A stretch of DNA of 64,000 bases from Parasitella parasitica NRRL 2501 (lineage: Eukaryota; Fungi; Mucoromycota): contig MU619310.1 in the NCBI GenBank assembly GCA_025201805.1, positions 64,767-128,766 on the forward strand. Direction: 5' to 3'. The notes beneath the pieces were generated by a model. The model searched no databases, had not been told where the DNA came from, and was given only the letters and a program-made list of their open reading frames with translations. The position numbers were made by a program, and so were the translations under genes. Position 1 is the stretch's first letter. Every line of letters begins with the position of its first letter. This document shows positions 27,400 through 37,809 of this stretch, one piece after another.

Positions 27400-28870
27400 T
27401 GGCTTGCTGCTCATCTGCTATCTCATGGGCAATTTGGGACATGTCCATACGGATGCATTTACCATTCCGTGGACGACGTTCCCGAATCCCTACATCAATC
27501 CCGCTTGGAATTTGATCACTCGCGTCTTACACAAGATTATCCAGGAACAGCTTCCTATGATGACTCTGGTGGTACCCTTCTGGTCCAGCGCTCTCTGGTT
27601 TTCCCCTGGTTCAACGGTTGGCTCTGACGGATCCTTGGTTATTACCTCCTCAATCGGTACAGACGACATCTCTCCGGACCCAGCACCCTCTAATTCGCAA
27701 AATTGGATGCTATCCGTGCAGAAATTATCCGGGCAAAGATTATAAGGTCTGGTCTTAATGAAGACGCTTCTACGGCGTTGATTAGTCAACAATTGGCAAA
27801 TACAGCAACTACCAAACAATACCGATTAAATTAAATCCGTTCTCTAGAATGGGCTCAAACTAATCGCGTCTCATTTATTCAATTTTCTGGTTCTGATCTG
27901 GTGAATTTCTTGGCTTTCATGCATCAAACTCGTAATCTCCAAGTGTCTACTCTCAAAACTGTTCGTGTAGCTGTTACTCCTTTTAATGATCACTCACGAT
28001 CCATCAGTGAAGATCCTTTGGTGAACTCATATTTTGACGCTTTAACTCATCAAGCTCCACCTATAGAAATATATAAAGACACGGTTGACATGTCCCCATA
28101 TATGGAATTTGCTCGACTGATCCCATCACGACGCAGTACTTTTATATTACAGCTTCAACAGAAATTGGCTTTCTTGCTATCCATGGCGGCCTTTATGCGT
28201 CCTTCGGATCTGGCGCAGATTACTTTCGCGTCTTGTCAAGTCGACTCTATACTGGCTGCCTTAAAATTAAGGTGGTTGCTCCCAAAGAGAAACGCTAGAA
28301 ACGTACAATCATCAAGCCCTTCACCATACACCCACATAATATGGATATTGAACTCCTGTCTGGTTCATTTATTTAGGGTTTTAAGACACCATCCAGGTCT
28401 CATGTTACGTCCTCAAGATTCTTTACTGTTCGTCAAAGTCTAACAACATCCGGAAACCTTTGGCTGCTGCAACAATTTCTTCTTGGTTGCATAAACATTT
28501 TATTTCTAAATCTATAGCAGAATCTCGGCTGTCGATTCGGTCGTTGGCTTCCTCCAGTGCAATGGAGAGTGGGATTCAATTGGACGATTTGGTTACTCTA
28601 GGAAACTGGGCATCTTCAGATGCTTTAGCAAATCACTACCAACGTAATCACATGACTACCATCGATTTTACTTCTACGACACTTTCGGCTTCTACTACTG
28701 AGGGATTCTTTGATGCTGCTGCTTCCTTTGAATGATTCTCTTTAGATCTCTGGATCAGCACTATAATAACATTTCCTATTTTGTTCGGACTGTCTCGAAC
28801 AACTCGCAAGAGAATTTTCTCAACCAAGAATTGCAAATTAGACCTGAGGAACAAAATAGGAAATGTTAGA
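27400..28870 (+). mobile_element. 3' remnant of a DIRS-like tyrosine-recombinase retrotransposon
   Basis: Methyltransferase-like segment (DAF...W...YINPAWNLI..VLHKI...LVVPFWSSALWF). Broken YR domain (MRPSDL, SIRSLASS, LGNW, HYQR). Terminal complementary sequences at 28767-28868. Confidence 0.85.
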
Positions 28871-29021
28871 GCCCACCCTTCTTTACTTATTTTCTATTTC
28901 TTTACTTCTCTTTTTTATTCCGAGCGAAAACATGATTAATAGTTCTAGATATAATTCTTTATTTCTTTATATAATTTCTAAATTCGCTATTAATAAAGTT
29001 CAAGAAGATGTTGGCACTATA

Positions 29022-30181
29022 CAGTCGACGAAAAAAGGTTGGCCCAATAAAAAAAAATAATAGGCCAGTTTGAAATGAAAATGGATCACCGATTTTGAAA
29101 ATGGGTCAACCAATGAAAATGGGTCATAATTTGAAAATGGGTCACTAAGACGAAAATGGTTCATTGTTTTGAAAATGGGTCACCCAGTACGAAAATGGGT
29201 CACCAATACAGAAATGTAATGAGGATTGGCCGAATTCTCTCTTCTTTTTCTCTTCTTGAATTTTTTCATATTGCTCGACATGAACGAAGAATACAATTTT
29301 GACAGTGAGACAGTACCTGTGATGATATACAATCATATATGGACTGGGAAGAAACTGCAGCAGTAAATGCAGCACAAAAAGAAGCTAAGAGGAAGACCAA
29401 ACCTCACTCCAAGGAGCCCTTCCTTGATGTAGTGAAGAAGGAAAGGGGATCATACATTACCAAGAACGAAGTAAAGGTAGTCAATTTGATCAATTTGTTG
29501 CAAGAGTTTGAGAATATGTCTATCAGTGAAGCGGGTAGAAAGGTAGGGCTCTCCAAGTCAACAGCTATTCGTAAAGTCAAGCAGTGGGATCAAATGACAA
29601 GCGAAATAGCTGAAAAAGGGTTCCCTGATTCTATCGCAATCAAAGAAGGAAAGGGACGACCCACAATACTCAAAGACGAACATACTGTATTTATCTTTGA
29701 GCTGCTGGCTAATGAGCCAACATTGACAGTTGAAGCTGTTACAGACCACCTGTCAAAAGAATTTAGAGATATACAGATCACCCTTAGATCAGTGGAAAAT
29801 CATATGAAGAAGAAGAAGTGTCGCCTAACCTACAAGCGTATCATTCCTAGATATTATGGCAGGAACACGGATGAAACTGTTACCAAAAGACGAGATGCGG
29901 TAGCATACTGGGTTAACCAGAACATAGACTTTATGAATGAATGTGTATTCTTGGATGAAGCTGGCTTTAACAGGAGTATGCATCGCTCATATGGATGGTC
30001 TGAGGCTGGAACACCTTGCAAAATTGATGTTCAAACGAAGGGAGCAAATGTCAGCATCTTGGGTGCTATTTGTAAAAGTGGTTTAATCACATTATCCAGA
30101 AAACAAGTTGTACTTGGTGCTAGGAGTGGAAAACGAACTCGAACTGGTGAGAAATCTCAGGCCCCCAAGAGGAAAGGTACT
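29022..30181 (+). mobile_element. 3'-truncated Tc1/IS630-family DNA transposon with a complete 5' TIR
   Basis: TA at 29020-29021 is followed by CAGTCGACGAAAAAAGGTTGGCCC and repeated gaaaatgggtca motifs. The transposase matches the 35570-36787 copy up to RKGT. Confidence 0.95.
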
Positions 30182-30430
30182 TTCTGCTGCCTCTTCAAAT
30201 TTAATAAAAATTCCAACCACGGCTATACAGCCGAACAAAGCAGAAATGAGACGAGTTCATGTGATAATGATGATGATAAAATAATACAGAAAGAATTCTT
30301 GATACTTAAAATAAAGATACTGTTGTATCTATGGTCAATATATCGAATATCTAATAGAATGATACTCAATGCTTGCATATTACAGATAAGTAAGAGTTTG
30401 TTGACACAGACTTCAACTTGTAATACATAA
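29339..30430 (+). pseudogene. Truncated, chimeric transposase ORF (HTH region and first Asp, then unrelated sequence)
   Basis: Contains VFLDEAGF but lacks LDNA and NPIEE. After 30181 it reads into non-transposon DNA. Confidence 0.85.
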
Positions 30431-30873
30431 GATCTACAATCACTCGTTGTACATAGTCAAAAACTAAGATGGGACGACTTTGCAGAACAAAAACAATCAA
30501 GAAGTTTATAAAGAGTAGTATTATTCATCAAATAAAGACCACCTAATTTTTATAAAGTCCTGTCGTCATTTACCGACTCTTTTATTTAATCTTAAGATAA
30601 AACAGATACACGATGGCAACCAACAGCGGATAATCGACACCACAAAATGCAAAGCGGTATTTCCTGGTAGCAATACAATATGACCAATATAGTATGATCT
30701 TGTCTTCCAAATCATCTAGGCCTAATCTCAATTATGTTATGAAACCTAGATTGAGTCGTTTATCTACAGATACCAAGAAAAAAAGTGAGAAACAAGAGTT
30801 ACCCGTTAACTGAAAATGTTAATCGGAAATTTGTTACCAAAGCAATCATTTTTCAGTTCGCACCGTGCAACCT

Positions 30874-31146
30874 TACTAGCCTAAGCATCTTGGACACGTA
30901 AAAGAACCTGTTACTAAGTTTCCCGCCTTCCAACTCATACTAAAGGCCGTCCTGCAAAGTACAGTCGCAATGGCGTTCTGTTGGTGAGTAACCAATATAC
31001 TAGCCCAAAGCATCTTTTACACGTAAAAGAACCTGTTACTAAGTTTCCCGCCTTCCAACTCATACTAAAGGCCGTCCTGCAAAGTACAGTCGCAATGGCG
31101 TTCTGTTGGTGAGCAGCCAACATACTAGTCCAAAGCATCCTTTACG
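30874..31146. repeat. 125-bp tandem repeat, ~2.2 copies, each unit starting tactag
   Basis: tactag units start at 30874, 30998 and 31123. The ~100-bp bodies are nearly identical. Confidence 0.95.
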
Positions 31147-31882
31147 CTTGCCCAAGATGATAAAAAGAAGTGATCCTGTGATTTTAACCAAGGCATTTGA
31201 AAAAGGAAGATGAAAGGCATTATTAGGAATATATAAAAGCATAATAAATAAGTAGTTATCTTACATTAGTATTGTCTTCGCTAGCGCTAATCATATAAAT
31301 AGCCTTATTCATATCGACTTTCAGTCCATGTGCTTATCAATAACCGATTCCATCTACCATTTTCATCTACTAAAGATTCAAGATTAAATAGATCATGGTT
31401 TACGTATTTCCAGTTATAAACAACTTCATCCTCTCCGTTTGAAAGTATTTTTTGTTAAAATACATAGTGCATCAAACCTGGATTGAAACAACAGTTTTTT
31501 TTTATGACGACAGGTGTCCTGATCATACTAGTAGCTAATTATAAAATACGCGTTTAATACAGAATAAAAAGCATCTAATACAACTATTACCTTTCACTTT
31601 TACAGAATGAGGAAACCCACTGTGGTCAAAAACTATTCTTGTATTTCTTCATCTTCGTTTGCAACATTCTTTTGCTTAAATAACCATGTGAAATGCTTAT
31701 CAGCAGTTTAAAAAAATTAAAAAAAAAATTCAGTGTACGTCACAAATATATTTAAGGCTGCGATTGAGTTTGCGGAAGTACGGTATTAGTAATAACGCGC
31801 ATCTTAGTTTTTTTCTGTTGTTGATGGGCTATGTCTTCCAAGAGAAAAACGACGAACTATTGCTGCTGATGCACAGTGGTGC

Positions 31883-33682
31883 ATGGACAACAGAAATATT
31901 CTTACCTGCAAGGTTTTTGTGGATAAACACAAATTACTAGATTCTCAATATTCTGTCGCCAGATACAAATCCATTATTTCTAAATATTTACCTCAAGAAA
32001 AAGATCGACTGATTCAGGACTATGATCATTGGAAACGTAGCAGTGACTACAAATTGTATTGGTTGGAAAAATCACGTACCTCTGTACAGCTGGACACTCG
32101 TGTGGAGTGTTCCTCCTTTGCAGGAGACGTGTTACGCCAGGAAACCGCAGCCATTACCACAAGCATCAATGATGATTATGCAAACATTGACCCAAACAAC
32201 AACATGGGCATGGCTGCCTCTTCCTCTTTCTCTTCTTCAACAGCCATTCAGGATAACGAGAGCATTCTATCAAGTCCTATACCCACAACTTCCTTAGCAA
32301 CAACCCCACTTGATACTATTGCCACCATCACCACAGAAGGACCTCCTATACCCACAACTTCCTCAGCAACAACCCCACTTGATACTATTGCCACCATCAC
32401 CACAGAAGGACCTCCTATACCCACAACTTCCTCAGCAACAGCCCCACTTGATACTATTGCCACCATCACCACAGAAGGACCTCCTTGTCTTCCTTGGTTG
32501 ATTGGTGACTTTGACGTGGCTGATGCATTTTACCGGTACAGATGTCATGTGATACAACAAGCAAACGATAGGCTTCTTCAAATTGAAAAATCTGTGCACG
32601 AATTGTTGTCTCTGTCTCATATCCTCTTGCTATGCCCCAATCAACACAGTGATACTATGCTGCATTTTTTCGATTTAGCCCAACTCCAGAAACTACATTA
32701 TTCCCTCCTGACAGAATCATTGAATGATAGCATCACATTGCCAGATGACATTTACTTGAAATTGGTCTATGCCGTCACTGATGTTGATGCCAAGGTCAAG
32801 ACAAGAGGTCAAGTAGAATTGCTTTTGCTTACTATGGCTCAAGACTTGGATATTCGCCAGCAATCAGTAGTTTGGGGGATTACAGCTGCGTAAGTTGTGT
32901 GATTGAGATTTATGACAACATAGGATTAGATACTAATGGTAGATATTACATTTCTCACAAGTATAGTTTGAAGAAACTGCCATTCACTGCCATCAAAGAT
33001 AAAACAACTATTGGAGAGGGAGAACTTCTGACTACATACTTTGATCCCATCCTTGCTAACATTTTGGCCAACCCAGATGAAAATGTACTTCTACGTTGGG
33101 CAAACGTCACTTGTGATGCAACCGGAGATAAGAGACCAGATGCAACCATCAGCAAGCTTACGCAAATGTCTTTTGGACCAAGCCTTGGATTTGGCGAGGC
33201 AAAAGTGGCTCAACCAACATGCGATAAATACATGCTTTGCCTCGACTTGACACGTTTGGCCACTTTTTCAAAAGATACGATTGACGAAAACAAGTTGAAC
33301 GCATCTTTATCATTCCAAATACATGGTAAGCAAAGGAAAATGGAAGAAAGAATAAATATGTAAAGAACCGCTTCATTTTCTTGTAATAGGCTTTAGCGTT
33401 ACTTTTTTTATCACCCGTTTACGACACGATGGCATCTATATCATGCAAGAAATAGCCCATATGACGTTTCCGCGATCGATTGAAGAATTAGCCACTTTCA
33501 TCAGCATGAAAAATTTGAAGATGCTGCTCAAAGTCACTGATGTATTTTGGCGATTATGTAAACCATGCGACAACGAAGAGCTGATTAAAGCAAATGGTCG
33601 TGCCACACATCCTTCGTTGCACTCATTGATTGATATATCCAAAGATCGACGTCGTTTATGTTCATTACGATTTGGATCATAA
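31883..33682 (+). CDS. Putative PD-(D/E)xK nuclease (Crinkler-REase-like), 3 exons, ~552 aa
   Basis: Exons 31883-32889, 32967-33325 and 33390-33682 join in frame (1659 nt). Motif series GE.EL...YFDP, RPDATI, GFGEAK, DLTRL..FSK and FQIHG. Confidence 0.8.
32276..32485 (+). repeat. 69-bp coding tandem repeat x3 (PIPTTSSATTPLDTIATITTEGP)
   Basis: Visible directly in both the DNA and the protein. Confidence 0.95.
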
Positions 33683-33989
33683 TATCTTTTGGCTTCTTTT
33701 CCTTCATTATCCTCTCTATGTACTATCTCTCCCTCCCCTCCTTTTCCCTAAACTATGCATTATACTTGATAATTTGGAAGAAATATTTACCATGTATTTG
33801 GAGTAGGCTAGGGTTATACAATGGCACAAAAGTTAAAGAAAAAGAACGTGCCAAGTGACAAGTGCTTTTCGCACCGTCAAAAAATATTTTTGGGGTGCAA
33901 CACACACTACACTTATTTTGTCATACAATGTTTTTATTCAAGCAATCATTGACGGAGTATCTACAAAAATTTTGAAGGTCATTCAGAAG

Positions 33990-35400
33990 AATACTATTGC
34001 ATACATCATGTATTCTTGAGGACAATGTCTCTTCTTACAACAACTGTTCTCGTTTCATTTTGCTTTTGTAAACAGACCAAAGCTGCTCGATGGGATTCAG
34101 TTCAGGAGAATAAGGTGAAAGATACAAGCAGACATAACTGCGCTTCTTGATCTCTTTTTCAATATTACCATTTTTTTGTGGATAAGTACAATGTCAATCA
34201 CAACATAGTGTCCCTTAAATTGCTCATATTTTTCAAAACATCCATCGTATTGCACATAAAGTTGAAGTAATGTACTGCCTATCATAGTGCCACATCTACC
34301 TAGATTCTAGCAAGCAACCGTACAGATTCTTGACCTCCTCTTTTTACTCTGGACCAAAGCTCCCAATCTTATTTTCAGGATAATAATACCAATAATAGTA
34401 CATATTTCTCGCTGACTTTGCTTGAAACTTTAATAAAACTATCTCCGCACAAGTATCAACCGTCAACCAAGTTATTATTTTTTTCATATTGACATAAAAA
34501 GCAGCCTCGTCAATAAATACACAGTTGCTTAAATATCCATATCGGTCTGTTGCCATCTGGTTTCCCGGCTGTGTCTTTTTTCCAGGTTTTCAGGTAAATT
34601 TGGTTTGATTGAGTGAAAGGGAGCTTTCTTCAAGCCGATTCTGCATTTTTCCCCCGTGAAATCATATAATGCAGTTTTTGACACTTCTAGTCCCATAAAA
34701 TTACTCTTTAAATCATCTATTATTTGGTCTAAAACTAATGCTGGTTTCTTGTCAGCTCAACCAAAAGGTCTCTATGCTCTTCATGCAAATTTGATGAGTC
34801 TTTCGAAAAGAGTGTATTTTTCTTCACGTTTGGTAAGTTATGCTCTAGTATTCTTACATTATGGTTAGTTATATTTTAATTTAATTCACCTGGAGTCACC
34901 CTAGCTGGCCTTCATAGTCTGTATTTGTCCTCTGAGGCAACTTTCACTGGCTTTGAAGTAGTTGACTTTTTGTTTCCAGTTGGTTGTTTTTCCAATGGCT
35001 TATTCTTCATATAAGAAGAATGATTAACCAAAGTTTCAAGAACAATATTAGGATCGTCGATACTTGACATGACATCTTCCATAGGATCATACGTTAATTG
35101 ACCGTTTTCATTATAAATATTGTTTTGTCCATCTTCATAAAAAAAAGAGTTCTTCATCTCGAAAGGCTACAATAGACATTATAAGAAAAAGATAATCAAA
35201 AGCCTCCTCAGAAAAACTAAGAAGGTCGTTTTATTCCTGTGGCAGCGAAAACTTATTTCTGATTGGGCGACATTTTGTTCCTGTAAGAGCGAAATTTAAT
35301 TCCTGATTGGCCGATATTTTACTTCTAATTAAGCGACATTTTATTTCTGATTAGGTGACATTTTATTTCTGATTGGGTGACATTTTGTTCGGCCCGGACA
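33990..35400 (-). mobile_element. Old, decayed Tc1/IS630-like element with a 22-bp subterminal repeat array
   Basis: Fragments CVFIDEAAF, FKGHYVVID and an N-terminal FYEDGQNNIYNENG. ttttatttctgattgggtgaca-like repeats lie at ~35254-35390. Confidence 0.75.
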
Positions 35401-35424
35401 ACATAATTTATTGGATCAACTGTA

Positions 35425-37053
35425 CAGTCGACGAAAAAAGGTTGGCCCAATAAAAAAAAATAATTGGCCAGTTTGAAATAAAAATGGATCACCGATTTTG
35501 AAAATGGGTCAGCCAATGAAAAATGGGTCACCAATAAAGAAGTGTAATGTATGCTTTTTATTTTGTTTCTTATAATCCTTTTTCACAATTCAAACATCTC
35601 TGCCAGAACGTCAAAGAATGCTTTATCCAATTCTCGCAATCTTCTCTGTTGATGTGAAGTGCTGCGTTGCGAATACGATCAGAGATTTTTTCATTCTGCC
35701 TGACAGAAGAAGGATCGTTATTTACAACAGTCTTTAGCTTGGACCAAAACTCTTCGATCGGATTTAAAAAAGGAGAATAAGGTGGCAAAAAGAGAAGTTT
35801 ATAACCACGTTGCCCAACCCAATCTTCAATAAGTGCAGCCTTGTGAATGGATGCATTGTCAAGAACTAGATATTTGTAGCTCATGTTAGCCGCATCCAGT
35901 GTCGTAAGGACCTGCTCTATGTATTCAAGGAAGTCACTGCTGGTAGTACCTTTCCTCTTGGGGGCCTGAGATTTCTCACCAGTTCGAGTTCGTTTTCCAC
36001 TCCTAGCACCAAGTACAACTTGTTTTCTGGATAATGTGATTAAACCACTTTTACAAATAGCACCCAAGATGCTGACATTTGCTCCCTTCGTTTGAACATC
36101 AATTTTGCAAGGTGTTCCAGCCTCAGACCATCCATATGAGCGATGCATACTCCTGTTAAAGCCAGCTTCATCCAAGAATACACATTCATTCATAAAGTCT
36201 ATGTTCTGGTTAACCCAGTATGCTACCGCATCTCGTCTTTTGGTAACAGTTTCATCCGTGTTCCTGCCATAATATCTAGGAATGATACGCTTGTAGGTTA
36301 GGCGACACTTCTTCTTCTTCATATGATTTTCCACTGATCTAAGGGTGATCTGTATATCTCTAAATTCTTTTGACAGGTGGTCTGTAACAGCTTCAACTGT
36401 CAATGTTGGCTCATTAGCCAGCAGCTCAAAGATAAATACAGTATGTTCGTCTTTGAGTATTGTGGGTCGTCCCTTTCCTTCTTTGATTGCGATAGAATCA
36501 GGGAACCCTTTTTCAGCTATTTCGCTTGTCATTTGATCCCACTGCTTGACTTTACGAATAGCTGTTGACTTGGAGAGCCCTACCTTTCTACCCGCTTCAC
36601 TGATAGACATATTCTCAAACTCTTGCAACAAATTGATCAAATTGACTACCTTTACTTCGTTCTTGGTAATGTATGATCCCCTTTCCTTCTTCACTACATC
36701 AAGGAAGGGCTCCTTGGAGTGAGGTTTGGTCTTCCTCTTAGCTTCTTTTTGTGCTGCATTTACTGCTGCAGTTTCTTCCCAGTCCATATATGATTGTATA
36801 TCATCACAGGTACTGTCTCACTGTCAAAATTGTATTCTTCGTTCATGTCGAGCAATATGAAAAAATTCAAGAAGAGAAAAAGAAGAGAGAATTCGGCCAA
36901 TCCTCATTACATTTCTGTATTGGTGACCCATTTTCGTACTGGGTGACCCATTTTCAAAACAATGAACCATTTTCGTCTTAGTGACCCATTTTCAAATTAT
37001 GACCCATTTTCATTGGTTGACCCATTTTCAAAATCGGTGATCCATTTTCATTT
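35425..37053 (-). mobile_element. Tc1/IS630-family (DD34E) transposon; 3' TIR intact, outer ~51 bp of the 5' TIR missing
   Basis: TA at 35423-35424, then CAGTCGACG... TIR. 35945-37053 is the reverse complement of 29073-30181. Confidence 0.95.
35570..36787 (-). CDS. Intact DD34E transposase, 405 aa
   Basis: HTH region, GRP motif, VFLDEAGF, VLDNASIH and LPPYSPFLNPIEEFW, with 34 residues between the second D and the E. Confidence 0.95.
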   Translation of the reverse strand: MDWEETAAVNAAQKEAKRKTKPHSKEPFLDVVKKERGSYITKNEVKVVNLINLLQEFENMSISEAGRKVGLSKSTAIRKVKQWDQMTSEIAEKGFPDSIAIKEGKGRPTILKDEHTVFIFELLANEPTLTVEAVTDHLSKEFRDIQITLRSVENHMKKKKCRLTYKRIIPRYYGRNTDETVTKRRDAVAYWVNQNIDFMNECVFLDEAGFNRSMHRSYGWSEAGTPCKIDVQTKGANVSILGAICKSGLITLSRKQVVLGARSGKRTRTGEKSQAPKRKGTTSSDFLEYIEQVLTTLDAANMSYKYLVLDNASIHKAALIEDWVGQRGYKLLFLPPYSPFLNPIEEFWSKLKTVVNNDPSSVRQNEKISDRIRNAALHINREDCENWIKHSLTFWQRCLNCEKGL

Positions 37054-37099
37054 GTTCCTCAGGTCTAATTTGCAATAGGAGGGAGTGAATTAAGTGGGA

Positions 37100-37760
37100 G
37101 ATTTTTGATCTTTGACGTGGTGTCTCTCTACTATTAAAGGGCGATAACGTCTTGATATTATCGATTACAAGTCTTCTTTCAAATTCTACTGCATCGCAAA
37201 TATATGGAAAACAGTCAATTACTCTTTTCTCGATTGTATCATTATCACTATGAAAACAGGCGTAATTAGCATTTAACAAAGCTTTAATCTTTAAACAAAA
37301 AAAATATTTTATGAATTGCTGAATGTTAACCGGGCCAGTAGAGAGACCAGCATAGTCTATAACGACTAAGCAAACTTTTTGTTGTGACGAGGAGATAAAA
37401 TCGATCATTCCTAAAGTAGCATTGACTTGGCACTATCAGGCAACAATATTTGCGTCGATGTTTTTATCGATATCTACTAAAGTAAAAAGTTGATTTATCG
37501 AAATTAATGCTTTTAAACTTAATGGAAATATACTTATATTATATATACCTTGATGTTGCTATGAACATTTCTTATCTTTTTCTAGTGTTTCGATTTCATC
37601 TTTAAAGTCTCTTGTGGTGATTTCGCTATTGGCATCTGACGAGTAAAGAAACAAAACATTTATCCACATTCGACCTTGAAATAAATTATTAATCTTGCGC
37701 TGAATATTCTTGGCCCGATATTGTGCTGATTTGACTGACTTTTGCACATATCCAACCAAC
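37100..37760 (-). pseudogene. Degenerate serine-recombinase-like (resolvase/IS607 TnpA-like) gene with introns
   Basis: VGYVQKS (compare the GYxRxS catalytic-Ser motif), R..NIQ, CFVS/YSSDANS...RD, then VCLVVIDYAGLST and VID. Frameshifts are present. Confidence 0.55.
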
Positions 37761-37809
37761 TGCTAAGTCTATAAATGAATGCTATATTAGATTACCAATC
37801 TCTTCAGAT

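Noticed and set aside
29082-29205. Array of gaaaatgggtca motifs (also at 35485-35532 and 36923-37050)
   Set aside because: These are subterminal repeats within the Tc1 TIRs, probably transposase-binding sites, not an independent array.
30874-31146. CRISPR-like repeat-spacer appearance (three ~24-bp repeats)
   Set aside because: The 'spacers' are ~100 bp and nearly identical to each other, there are no cas genes, and the context is eukaryotic. It is a tandem duplication.
29000-37800. Fanzor/TnpB associated with the Tc1 or serine-recombinase-like elements
   Set aside because: No RuvC (D...E...D) plus zinc-finger ORF was recognised in any frame.
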